Origin: a virus
Lineage: Duplodnaviria; Caudoviricetes
Length of the DNA stretch: 57,230 bases
IMG/VR virus record: IMGVR_UViG_3300025120_012119
Location: 1 to 57,230 of that record
Strand: one strand, 5' to 3'
Shown here: one piece after another, positions 10,211-19,831 of the stretch
How positions within the stretch are numbered: position 1 is the stretch's first letter
Layout of the letters: each line of letters opens with the position of its first letter
Made by a program: the position numbers and the translations under genes
The notes under the pieces: model-generated
The model's input: only the letters and a program-made list of their open reading frames with translations
What the model was told of the DNA's origin: nothing
Database searches by the model: none

Positions 10211-10774
10211 ATGTCTTATATATCTCAAAGTTTAACATTTAGTGAAGATAAAATAATATTTGCTGACGTAGAAAATAATGAATTTGAAGTTATGATGGAT
10301 TGGGAAAATCCTCTAATGTCAGCTTCAGCAGCTTATATATGTGAAGGAGGAGGTGATATACTTGAAATTGGATTTGGAATGGGTATATCAGCTAATTATA
10401 TTCAATCACATACAATTAATTCACATACTATTATAGAAAACCACCCAGATATGATTCCAAAAGCTCAAGCATGGGCTGCTGATAAATCTAATGTAACTAT
10501 AGTAGAAGGTGATTGGTATGGTGTAAAAGATACTTTAAGTACTTATGATGGTTTATTTATGGATACTTATGGAGATAAGAATATGAAATATTTTTCATCT
10601 TCATTATCATCATTAATAAAAGTAGGAGGAAAAGCTACTTGGTGGAATTCAATGACAGGATCAGATAATTATTATAATATACCTGAGGTAACATATGATA
10701 TCCACAATATAACTCCTCCATCAAACACATATTTTAACCACACACAATATTATTTGCCCAAAAAACAGTTTTAA
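10211..10774 (+). CDS. Class I SAM-dependent methyltransferase, GAMT/RMT2-like
   Basis: VMMDWENPLM, motif I ILEIGFGMGISA, HTIIENHP, YDGLFMDTY. Confidence 0.8.
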   Translation: MSYISQSLTFSEDKIIFADVENNEFEVMMDWENPLMSASAAYICEGGGDILEIGFGMGISANYIQSHTINSHTIIENHPDMIPKAQAWAADKSNVTIVEGDWYGVKDTLSTYDGLFMDTYGDKNMKYFSSSLSSLIKVGGKATWWNSMTGSDNYYNIPEVTYDIHNITPPSNTYFNHTQYYLPKKQF

Positions 10775-11467
10775 ATGGCAACAACTACTATATACGCAAC
10801 AACAGGACTTACTGGAAGAGGATTTATTCAAGCTCAAAACGAAGAGTGGGATGAAGCAGTAGCAGCGGATTCAGGAACTGTTTCTTCTAACTCCTCAAAC
10901 TCATTAGGTGTTAGAGCAGGGTTTGTAGAAGGTAGAGGAGGTGGTCAATTTTTTGTTTCTCGAGCTTATGCTTATTTTGATACAAGTGCTGTTACCACTA
11001 CAGTTACAGCGGCTACAGTTAAAGTATATTCAAGCGGAACTAATGGAGGTAATATTAGAATGTATAAAAGTACGGCTTTTGGTAATAATGGCTCAACATT
11101 GTCATCAGATGATTTTCCAGCCGTAACTTCAACTTTATATTCATCAGCTGATTATGGTGAGTTAAATTGGGGGACTAATCAATTGCGATCTTTTTCTTGT
11201 AATGCTACAGCTGTTTCAAATATAAATGATGTTAATTATCTTAATGTTGTTTTTAGAAATGATAAAGATGTTGATGAAGATGAACCTGGAGAAGATTTTT
11301 ATCTAGGAGTTAATTTTTTAACTTCTGGAACTAATAGAATTCAAATTCAATTAACACATGCGGATGCAGGTTATGGCAATCAAGTTAATACTGTTACAGC
11401 AGCAAAAATAAGCAACGTTGTAGGGGTAGCAACAGCTAATATCGCAAACGTAATAGGAGTTTCATAA
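10775..11467 (+). CDS. Putative virion structural protein (beta-rich, possibly carbohydrate-binding)
   Basis: 230-aa ORF abutting the previous gene, S/T/G/A-rich, with a RAYAYFDTS..VTAATVKVY pattern like DNRLRE-type beta-sandwich domains and a short C-terminal repeat (ISNVVGV/IANVIGV). Confidence 0.5.
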   Translation: MATTTIYATTGLTGRGFIQAQNEEWDEAVAADSGTVSSNSSNSLGVRAGFVEGRGGGQFFVSRAYAYFDTSAVTTTVTAATVKVYSSGTNGGNIRMYKSTAFGNNGSTLSSDDFPAVTSTLYSSADYGELNWGTNQLRSFSCNATAVSNINDVNYLNVVFRNDKDVDEDEPGEDFYLGVNFLTSGTNRIQIQLTHADAGYGNQVNTVTAAKISNVVGVATANIANVIGVS

Positions 11468-11471
11468 TATT

Positions 11472-11511
11472 ATATTTATAATTTGGATGATAGCAAAACT
11501 ATCATTATATT
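11472..11511 (+). promoter_or_regulatory. Tandem putative promoters: ATATTTATA motif and TTGGAT-N17-TATATT
   Basis: ATATTTATA at 11472-11480, TTGGAT at 11483-11488, 17-nt spacer, TATATT at 11506-11511. Inverted repeat ATGATAG/CTATCAT at 11487-11505. Lies upstream of the glycosyltransferase operon. Confidence 0.6.
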
Positions 11512-11541
11512 ATTACATAGTTTTATAAAATTAATAGTTAC

Positions 11542-14226
11542 ATGCAAAAACTCTTATTTATTGCACCCCACCTATCTACAGGGGGACTTCCCCAATATTT
11601 AACAAAAAAGATAGAACTTTTAAAAGGTGAATTTGAAATTTATTTAATTGAATGGACAGACTGTACTGGAGGTAAACTAGTAGTAACTAAAAATAAAATT
11701 CAAAAATTACTTCCAAAGAAAAATTTTTATACACTTTATGAAGATAAAAGTAAATTATTTACTATAATTCGAAAAATTAATCCTGATATTATTCATTTAG
11801 AAGAAATTCCTGAATATTTTATGGATGATGATATAGCTCAAAAATTATATAATGTAAATAGAAATTATTTTTTAGTTGAAACATCACATGATTCTTCAAT
11901 GAATACTGATAATAAATTATATTTTCCAGATAAATTTATGTTTGTATCTAATTGGCAAATAGAGCAATATAAGAACATAGATATACCTAAAATACTAGTT
12001 GAATATCCTATTGAATATATTCCTAGACCTGATAGAGAAATTGCTTTAAAACGCTTAAATTTAGATCCTACTAAAAAACATATTTTACATATTGGTTTAT
12101 TCACATCACGTAAAAATCAAAAAGAATTTTTTGAATATGCTAGAGCTTTACCTGAGTATGAGTTTCATAGTGTAGGAAATCAAGCAGAAAATTTTAAATG
12201 GTATTGGGAGCCATTAATGAAAGATAAACCAAATAATGTTACATGGTGGAATGAAAGAACAGATGTAGATAATTTTTACCAATCAATGGATTTATTTTTA
12301 TTTACATCTAGAGGAAGTAAAAATGATAAAGAAACAATGCCCTTAGTTATTAGAGAAGCTTTATCATATCAAATTCCACAACTATTATATAATTTAGAGG
12401 TTTATCAAAATTATTTTGATAGTTATGATTCTATTAATTATTTAGATTTTAATAGTTTTGATAAAAATATTTTAAGGATTAAAGAACACTTTAATGATAT
12501 TAATATTCTTAAAGAAGAAGAAGAAGCATATGTAATTTGTACTTACCCTAAAACTCAAGCAGTAGTAGATACTACAATAGAGTGTATTAAATCATTAAGA
12601 AAAAATAGCAATAGAAAAATTATAATATCAGCACATTGTCCTGTACCTAAAGAATTACAAGATATGGTTGATTATGTATTTTATGAAAAAAATAATTTAT
12701 TAACTAAACATACATTTTACTCTGGATATACAGCAAGTAATAATTTATATGATACTTATGTTAATTTAAGAGGTGAAGACAATGATAGATACCATGGTCC
12801 TGCTTGTTATACTTCATTTTACAACCCAGCTACATTTGCTAAAGGGTTAGATATTAAAAAATTATATTATATTAATTTTGATTATATTCTTAAAGATAGT
12901 AGTTACATAGATTATATATCTAAAAAATTAAATAAACATGATACTTTCTTTGGTGAATTTAAAGCACAAGAAGGTAAATGTTATTATACATACTTTTTTG
13001 CGGCAAGACCAGAAGCAATTTTAAATAATTGTCATTTTATAGAAACAGAAGATCAATATAATAATCTTATGAGTAAGCATGGTGCTGAATCTAATGGTAT
13101 AGAAAATTTATATTATCATATATTTAAAAATAATACTAATAATTATATTGAACCTAAAGAAAAATTTGAATCTGATGCTGAAAAATATTTTGAGTTTGAA
13201 GATTATTCGATGGTTGAATATTATACTATACTACCTACAGATGTAGAGAATCATTTTTGTCCTTGGATAACAATATCAAATGCTAAAGAAAGTAAAAATA
13301 TTCATTATACTGTAGAAAAAAATAAAGAACTTATTATTGATAGAACATTAGAAGTTAGGGGTAAATATCAATTTTGGGATTTAGTAAAATATGATTTAAA
13401 TGACAACATTACAGTCATATTTGATGTAAAAGATACTAATACAGGAGAAAGTGTAAAATATCATAAATTTAATTTAAATAAAGATTATTTTTTAAATATA
13501 ATGCCTAATAATGGTATGTTTAATTGGAAAGGTGATAGAATTAATTATGAATCTTATCCAAAAATTAAAATCGTACATTTATTAACACACCCAGAAGAAG
13601 AAAGAGAGATACGTTCAATTGAATCTATCAGCAAACTAGGAGAATACGATAATATAGAATATACATCTGTAATTAATACTCCTTATACTGATTTACCACC
13701 AACACAAAATTGTAATAGACCAAATGATGTTCAGATGGAACCTGGTTATTATAAATTAGCTCCTGGACATTATGGGTGTTTTAAAGCACATACAGATGCT
13801 ATATTATCATGTCCTAAAGATAATAATACTGTTTATTTATTTTTTGAATGTGATGCTTTATTATTAAAAGACCATAATGAATTTGTTAATAAATTAAATG
13901 AAGCAATAAAAATTTCAAAAGAAAAAGATTATACATTCTTTAGTTTTGCCCACAATTATGAAATATTTCATGAATATGAAACTCATATTGATGCTGGCAT
14001 GTTTACAGATGCTCATGCTTATATAATTAGAGGTAATAAAATTGATAATGTACACGATAGGATTAATAATTCAAAATGGGATGCTTTTGATTTATGGGTA
14101 ACTAACAACTTTAGAGATGAACCCAAAGGATTTTTTAAAGAACCTTTAGTATTTCAAGCAAAGGGGTACAGTTTAATAGATAAAAAAATTAGTAAAACTA
14201 ATATTAAAGGAGATTTAAAAATATAA
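11542..14226 (+). CDS. Multidomain glycosyltransferase (N-terminal GT4/GT-B, central GT-A-like, C-terminal GT25-like)
   Basis: HLSTGGLP, LHIGLFTSRKNQ, DLFLFTS..ETMPLVIREAL (GT4); YYINFDY; GHYGCFKAH..LFFECDA (GT25-like). Confidence 0.8.
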   Translation: MQKLLFIAPHLSTGGLPQYLTKKIELLKGEFEIYLIEWTDCTGGKLVVTKNKIQKLLPKKNFYTLYEDKSKLFTIIRKINPDIIHLEEIPEYFMDDDIAQKLYNVNRNYFLVETSHDSSMNTDNKLYFPDKFMFVSNWQIEQYKNIDIPKILVEYPIEYIPRPDREIALKRLNLDPTKKHILHIGLFTSRKNQKEFFEYARALPEYEFHSVGNQAENFKWYWEPLMKDKPNNVTWWNERTDVDNFYQSMDLFLFTSRGSKNDKETMPLVIREALSYQIPQLLYNLEVYQNYFDSYDSINYLDFNSFDKNILRIKEHFNDINILKEEEEAYVICTYPKTQAVVDTTIECIKSLRKNSNRKIIISAHCPVPKELQDMVDYVFYEKNNLLTKHTFYSGYTASNNLYDTYVNLRGEDNDRYHGPACYTSFYNPATFAKGLDIKKLYYINFDYILKDSSYIDYISKKLNKHDTFFGEFKAQEGKCYYTYFFAARPEAILNNCHFIETEDQYNNLMSKHGAESNGIENLYYHIFKNNTNNYIEPKEKFESDAEKYFEFEDYSMVEYYTILPTDVENHFCPWITISNAKESKNIHYTVEKNKELIIDRTLEVRGKYQFWDLVKYDLNDNITVIFDVKDTNTGESVKYHKFNLNKDYFLNIMPNNGMFNWKGDRINYESYPKIKIVHLLTHPEEEREIRSIESISKLGEYDNIEYTSVINTPYTDLPPTQNCNRPNDVQMEPGYYKLAPGHYGCFKAHTDAILSCPKDNNTVYLFFECDALLLKDHNEFVNKLNEAIKISKEKDYTFFSFAHNYEIFHEYETHIDAGMFTDAHAYIIRGNKIDNVHDRINNSKWDAFDLWVTNNFRDEPKGFFKEPLVFQAKGYSLIDKKISKTNIKGDLKI

Positions 14227-15107
14227 TGAATAAATTTATTGACATAAAGGTTACAGGTGCACAAGCACAATTGCGCTCATCAACTACAATAGAAGTAGCA
14301 GTAAAAGATAATATCAAATTCTTTTTTCCAGAAGATAATTTACCTTTAAAAGTTGAAATTTTTAGAACTCATGGTGATAATAAATTATATGAAGTTGATT
14401 TAATCCCAGGTAGAAAATGTTGGCATAATTGGTTTGATGGTTGTACTTTAAAAATATCTACATCTAAAGGAGTTGAAGTTGGTAAAGTTCAATGGAATAG
14501 TTTAGAACATGGAACTCAATCAGAAATAGCATTTGATTTATGGTGTGCTTCAAATTTAAATACTAAAGGTGTTGCTATAGGAACAAATGATGGGTCAACA
14601 GGAGAATGGGTTCATTTATATCACCGTCAACTTTTTTCTAAAGTATTATTAGTTGAAGCATCTACTGATCCATTTTTAAAATTAAAACAAAATTATAATG
14701 ATCAAAATGTTACTTTATTAAATAAATTAATTACTCCAAAAGGAGGTAAAGTAAAATTTTATGAAGCTTTAGATGGTGAAGGTCATACTAATTCTGTAGA
14801 TAAAGAACATTTATTAAATTTTTATTCTAATATACAAGAAGTTGAAAAAGAATCTATAGGTATTAATGAACTTTTAGTTGAAAATAAATTTAATAATTTA
14901 GATTGGTTACATATTGATGTAGAAGGTATAGATGATGAGTTAATAATGGCTTTAGATTTTAACAAAATTTCAAAGCCTAAAGTTATTATTTATGAAAGAG
15001 TTAATGATATTAATGAAATAAAAGTAGAAGACTTTTTACATTCAAATGGGTATAAAATTTGGGTAGATGATAAAAAAGGATATAATAATATAGCATTTTT
15101 AAAATGA
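14226..15107 (+). CDS. FkbM-family SAM methyltransferase with an N-terminal extension
   Basis: IGTNDG, LLVEAS, DWLHIDVEGID, PKVIIYE. Confidence 0.75.
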   Translation: MNKFIDIKVTGAQAQLRSSTTIEVAVKDNIKFFFPEDNLPLKVEIFRTHGDNKLYEVDLIPGRKCWHNWFDGCTLKISTSKGVEVGKVQWNSLEHGTQSEIAFDLWCASNLNTKGVAIGTNDGSTGEWVHLYHRQLFSKVLLVEASTDPFLKLKQNYNDQNVTLLNKLITPKGGKVKFYEALDGEGHTNSVDKEHLLNFYSNIQEVEKESIGINELLVENKFNNLDWLHIDVEGIDDELIMALDFNKISKPKVIIYERVNDINEIKVEDFLHSNGYKIWVDDKKGYNNIAFLK

Positions 15108-16057
15108 AAATATGTCATGTAGACCCAGCTTGTGGGTTATCAATCCCCCCTAAAAATTGGGGAGCGATAGAAAAAATTATTTGGGAATTTGAAGTAAATC
15201 AAACTATATTAGGTCATGATTCAACTCATAAAATGGCATCTGATATTAAATTAGATGATTTTGATATTGTACATTGTCATGTAGCTAATTTAGCTATTGG
15301 TTTACAAGAAAGAGGTATACCATATATTTACCAACTACATGATCATCATGTTTTACATTATGGTAAAGATTCTCATGTATATAGAGAAAATTTAAAAGCA
15401 ATAGAAGGATCTTTAATATCATTAATGCCAGCTAATTGGTTAGTTAAATATTTTGATAACCATCCTAAATGTGTTTATTTTTCACATGGTGTTAATGTAA
15501 ATGAGTTTTATCCTAAATTTAATAAAAAACCATCAAACCCAAAATTATTAATGTTAGCTAATAATGGGTTAGGGGGTGATAGAACATTTGATAGAAAAGG
15601 ATTTGAATATGGATTAGGTTTAGCTATGATAAATAATTTAGAAATTACAATAGCAGGACCTTCTAATAATAAAAATTTCTTTAATGGTCATATTTGGATG
15701 TTAAATTATCCTAATTTAAATTTAGTATTTGATACACCAAACACAGAATTATTAGATTTATTTCATTCTCATGATATTTTTGTCCACCCCACAATGTTGG
15801 AGGCAGGCCATCCTAATTTAACAATGTTAGAAGCTATGTCGGCAGGTTTACCTGTTATAGCTGATTGGGAAATGGAAGTTGATTTAAATGGATGTTGGAG
15901 AGCACCTCGTGATATTTTTGAAATGGATAGAGGATTAAAAGATATTCTAAAAAACTGGAATTCTTATAGAAGACAATGTTTAGAAACTTCAGAGAAATTA
16001 TCATGGTTAAACAGAACAAAAGAATTATTTAAAATATATGATGAATTTAAAAAATAA
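15104..16057 (+). CDS. Glycosyltransferase family 4
   Basis: IPPKNWGAIE, SHGVN, RKG, DIFVHPTMLEAGHPNLTMLEAMSAGLPVI. Confidence 0.85.
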   Translation: MKICHVDPACGLSIPPKNWGAIEKIIWEFEVNQTILGHDSTHKMASDIKLDDFDIVHCHVANLAIGLQERGIPYIYQLHDHHVLHYGKDSHVYRENLKAIEGSLISLMPANWLVKYFDNHPKCVYFSHGVNVNEFYPKFNKKPSNPKLLMLANNGLGGDRTFDRKGFEYGLGLAMINNLEITIAGPSNNKNFFNGHIWMLNYPNLNLVFDTPNTELLDLFHSHDIFVHPTMLEAGHPNLTMLEAMSAGLPVIADWEMEVDLNGCWRAPRDIFEMDRGLKDILKNWNSYRRQCLETSEKLSWLNRTKELFKIYDEFKK

Positions 16058-16748
16058 AATATCAGTTTTAATTCCAACTTGTGATAGTTATTCTAATTGT
16101 TGGGAAGGTTTAGGATTAAGTTGGGAAATTCTTAGTGGACTAGACTTAAACATATATGTTATATCAGATAATAATAAATTTAATTATGAATATAAAAATA
16201 TTATTCCTTTAAGTATTAACAAACCAGATTATACAAAATATGATTTTTCAAATAAGTTAATTTATGCTTTAGATAAAATAAAAACAAAATATGTTTTATT
16301 AATGTGTGATGATATGTGGCCTGAAAGATCCATTAAAAATATTATGCCTGAATTTATTAAATTTATGGATAATGAACAAGCAGATTGTCTTCGTATACAT
16401 GAAAAATTACATTGGTGGGGGTATGATTTTGAAACATCAGATAAATTTATTGGAGGTAATAGAGTACTTAAAATGCAACAAGATTCTGTGTGGTTATTAA
16501 CTCATAATGCTGCTATTTGGAATGTAGAATATTTAAAATCTATTATGTTTCCAAATGAAGATCCTTGGAACAATGAAATATTAGGTACTGAAAGGGCAAA
16601 ATTAAAACCTCACAATCAATACCATTATAATATGAGGTGGTATTTACAAATACATAATTTTGATAGAGGAAATATTTTACCTTATGGTCAAGCTTTTATA
16701 GATGATTTAAGATATAAAAAACAATTTAATAAAGAATTTAATATATGA
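16038..16748 (+). CDS. Putative GT-A (GT2-like) glycosyltransferase
   Basis: ISVLIPTCD N-terminus, KTKYVLLMCDD (DxD-like), AAIWNVEYL..EDPWNNE. The start may be the second ATG at 16041. Confidence 0.6.
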   Translation: MMNLKNKISVLIPTCDSYSNCWEGLGLSWEILSGLDLNIYVISDNNKFNYEYKNIIPLSINKPDYTKYDFSNKLIYALDKIKTKYVLLMCDDMWPERSIKNIMPEFIKFMDNEQADCLRIHEKLHWWGYDFETSDKFIGGNRVLKMQQDSVWLLTHNAAIWNVEYLKSIMFPNEDPWNNEILGTERAKLKPHNQYHYNMRWYLQIHNFDRGNILPYGQAFIDDLRYKKQFNKEFNI

Positions 16749-17947
16749 AAGAAATTCTAATAAAAGAATATAATAATTTAATTAAAAAACCAGTTAAATT
16801 TAAATTACCTAAAAATACCTTTTCATCAAATTATATTATGGGGGGTAAATTTGAAGTTTTAGGTAAAAATAAAAAAAATTATAATGTAAAGTTTATAGAT
16901 CAAAAAAATAATACAGTTGTATACGAATCAGATATAACTAATAATATGTGGTGTAAAACTGGAAAAGAATATTTTGTTGATTATAAAATTCAAGTAACAG
17001 ATAAAGAAAATAATAAATTAGTTTTTGAAGATTTTTATAATGCTGAAGATAAAAAAGTGTATATTCATTTTGCTTCTAAAGCAATAGGTGATACTTTAGC
17101 ATGGTTTCCATATGCTGAAGAATTTAGAAAAAAACATAAATGTAAATTGGTAGTCTCTACATTTCATAATAAATGGTTTGAAAGCACATACCCAGAAATA
17201 GAATTTGTAGAACCAGCTACAGAAATATTTGATTTATATGCTATGTATGAGGTTGGTTGGCATTATAATAAAGATAAAGAAATTAACTATAATAGAAATC
17301 CTTTAGATTTTAGAAAAATCCCATTACAAGGAGCTTCATACGATATATTAGGATTAGATAATAAAGAAATTAAACCTAAATTATCATTTAAAAATACAGG
17401 ATCTACAATTGATAGTGATTATGTTTGTATAGCACCTCATGGTTCATCTCATGCTAAGTATTGGAATCGTAAAGGTGGTTGGCAAGATGTAATAGATCAT
17501 TTAAATAATAAAGGTTATAAAGTAGTAATGATTACTCAAGAACCTTTAGGTGATAAATGGCATGATTCTAAATTAGGTGGTACTTTAAAAGGTGTAATTG
17601 ATAAAACAGGAGATTATCCATTAAGTGAAAGAGCTAATGATATAATGAATGCTAAAGCTTTTATTGGTATAGGAAGTGGGTTAAGTTGGTTAGCATGGGG
17701 ATTAGGAACACCTGTTGTTATGATATCAGGGTTTAGTGAAGCTTATAGTGAGTTTGAAGATTGTGAAAGGGTAGAAGCACCAAAAGATAAATGTGGGGGA
17801 TGTTTTAATAAAGTTCAATTAGACGCGGGTGATTGGGAGTGGTGCCCCGAACATAAAGACACAGATAGACATTATGAGTGTACTACATCAATTGAATCTC
17901 AAATAGTAATAGATGCTACAAACCGTCAATTAGAAAAAAATTATTGA
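16745..17947 (+). CDS. Aah/TibC-type (autotransporter) protein O-heptosyltransferase homolog, GT9-like
   Basis: AIGDTLAWFPYAEEFRKKHKC, YVCIA..AKYWN..GW, FIGIGSGLSWLAWGLGTPVVMISGFS, and the four-Cys motif CGGCFN..WEWCPEH..YECT that matches the TibC iron-finger. Confidence 0.85.
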   Translation: MKEILIKEYNNLIKKPVKFKLPKNTFSSNYIMGGKFEVLGKNKKNYNVKFIDQKNNTVVYESDITNNMWCKTGKEYFVDYKIQVTDKENNKLVFEDFYNAEDKKVYIHFASKAIGDTLAWFPYAEEFRKKHKCKLVVSTFHNKWFESTYPEIEFVEPATEIFDLYAMYEVGWHYNKDKEINYNRNPLDFRKIPLQGASYDILGLDNKEIKPKLSFKNTGSTIDSDYVCIAPHGSSHAKYWNRKGGWQDVIDHLNNKGYKVVMITQEPLGDKWHDSKLGGTLKGVIDKTGDYPLSERANDIMNAKAFIGIGSGLSWLAWGLGTPVVMISGFSEAYSEFEDCERVEAPKDKCGGCFNKVQLDAGDWEWCPEHKDTDRHYECTTSIESQIVIDATNRQLEKNY

Positions 17948-17955
17948 TATTTATA
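17947..17955 (+). promoter_or_regulatory. Putative late promoter ATATTTATA
   Basis: Recurrent motif 18 nt upstream of the ATG at 17974. Confidence 0.55.
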
Positions 17956-17973
17956 ATAAAATAAAAGAATAGT

Positions 17974-19494
17974 ATGTCTAAATTAACATTTTCAAATGCT
18001 GGTGTAACAACAGGGCAACCTGTTTTAGCATCTCAAGTATCTCAATCTTTTAATGCATTTACAGGAGTAGGTGATTACGCTATAACAATATCAGGTTCAT
18101 TATCAACTACAGCCAATTCTAAAGTATCTTTAGGAGGTGATTTAGTATTGACAGATAATGTATCAGCAATTTCACAATCTAACTTTACAGCATCAGCTGG
18201 TGGAGGTGGAAATGTAATATTAAAATATAATGAAGCTACTAAATTAGCTACAAGCACTAATGGAATTATAGTAACAGGAGAAGTAGATGCTACTTCAATT
18301 GATGTAAGTAGTATAACAGCATCTGAAAGTGCAATAATTGTTGGAAATCTTGAGGTAAGAAATAATATAACGGCATCTGGGGATATTCTTACAGGAAATT
18401 TTTTCGCATTAAACAATGCAGAATTAGGAAAGTCAACATCAAACACAACAAAAATAACAGGTAGTTTACACTTTAATGATGCTGTAGGTGCTTTAGGATC
18501 AGCTGCAATGTATAATGATGGTGATACATTTTTCTTTACACAAAGTGCGGATGGAGCTAAAACACAATGGCAAACAGATCAATTCATATTAAAAAATATG
18601 AATAATGATGAAACTCTTTTAATTGCAAATGAAAATACTGATGTTCAATTATTTTATAATAATGTAAGAAGATTTGCAACTACTAATGAAGGGGCATATA
18701 TATCAGGATCTTCAACATCTACAGGTTTAGAAGTTCATGATGGTACTAATACAGCTTTTAGATCTGCAACTCAAACAAGATTTGATTTTGCAGGTGATAC
18801 TTATGTATCTAATGAATCAACAAGTGGAGCAGCTAGGGTTGCATTTGCTGTAGGTGGCACATCAGCAGCTAATGCAAAAGTAGCAGTTTCATCTTCAAAT
18901 GATCTTCATGTTTATAGTGGTAGTGTTTATGCTCAAAGTGCTATAACTACACCAACAGGAAGTTACTTTGCAGCTGGTAATGGTTTAGATTTAGAAAACA
19001 ATGTTGTAAATGCAATTCAAACAGCTAAGTTTTTTATTCAAAATAAAAATGTTACAAGTACAAGTGAAGCTATATTTTTATATACCCCATTAGCTGATGC
19101 TGGGCTTCACCCAATACCTAAGCTAAGAAACGATACGAATTATGCTTGCCAGATGAATGTAAATTTATTATGTGCAGAAAGAGGAGAAGATTTTGCTACT
19201 CCATCAAGTAGAATTGCTCAATTACAATCAACAGCTGTATTTGGTTTCCATTGTTTGGGTGTTGGTGGAGGAGCTATGAATATAGGAACAAATCCATCAG
19301 GATCAATTACACTAGTTAATCAAACACCTAACTTATTTGGTGGTGGTGATGTTAGTTATTTAACAAATAACGGAACTTCAGCAGGAATTTCAGTAAGATT
19401 AGTTAATGATGGTACTGGACATGCATTTAATGGTGCTGGTTTATCAGTTGGGGGAACAATTGAAATAACACTTATTCCTCAACAACCAGAATAA
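17974..19494 (+). CDS. Tail-fibre-like virion protein
   Basis: 506 aa, G/S/T/A/N-rich, with fibre-like repeats (LKYNEATKLATSTNG / LFYNNVRRFATTNEG; ITASG). Confidence 0.6.
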   Translation: MSKLTFSNAGVTTGQPVLASQVSQSFNAFTGVGDYAITISGSLSTTANSKVSLGGDLVLTDNVSAISQSNFTASAGGGGNVILKYNEATKLATSTNGIIVTGEVDATSIDVSSITASESAIIVGNLEVRNNITASGDILTGNFFALNNAELGKSTSNTTKITGSLHFNDAVGALGSAAMYNDGDTFFFTQSADGAKTQWQTDQFILKNMNNDETLLIANENTDVQLFYNNVRRFATTNEGAYISGSSTSTGLEVHDGTNTAFRSATQTRFDFAGDTYVSNESTSGAARVAFAVGGTSAANAKVAVSSSNDLHVYSGSVYAQSAITTPTGSYFAAGNGLDLENNVVNAIQTAKFFIQNKNVTSTSEAIFLYTPLADAGLHPIPKLRNDTNYACQMNVNLLCAERGEDFATPSSRIAQLQSTAVFGFHCLGVGGGAMNIGTNPSGSITLVNQTPNLFGGGDVSYLTNNGTSAGISVRLVNDGTGHAFNGAGLSVGGTIEITLIPQQPE

Positions 19495-19533
19495 TAATAA
19501 TAGTTTTTAACAATAAGTTTTAATACGTATAAT

Positions 19534-19779
19534 ATGACAAAATTAACAGAAGAAGAAATTAAAAAGGTTAGTGATTTAAAAATTAAATTTAACCAAATAG
19601 TAGAAACAACAGGAGCTATAGAGGTGCAAATAATGCAACTTCAAGCTCAAAAAGAAGAATTAAAAGTGAGTTTAGTTGATTTAAGAAAAGAAGAACTCGT
19701 AGTAGCTAAAGAATTAGAAGAGAAATATGGCAAAGGAACAATTTCTTTAGATACTGGTGAATTTTCCCCTAATAATTAA
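19534..19779 (+). CDS. Small coiled-coil hypothetical protein
   Basis: 81 aa, heptad pattern, ends LEEKYGKGTISLDTGEF; preceded by the motif variant ATACGTATA. Confidence 0.65.
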   Translation: MTKLTEEEIKKVSDLKIKFNQIVETTGAIEVQIMQLQAQKEELKVSLVDLRKEELVVAKELEEKYGKGTISLDTGEFSPNN

Positions 19780-19798
19780 ATTTTTGACAAAAGCTCAT

Positions 19799-19807
19799 AT
19801 ATTTATT
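19799..19807 (+). promoter_or_regulatory. Putative late promoter variant ATATTTATT
   Basis: 24 nt upstream of the sheath ATG. Confidence 0.45.
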
Positions 19808-19831
19808 ATCAAAATATAACAATTAAACAAC

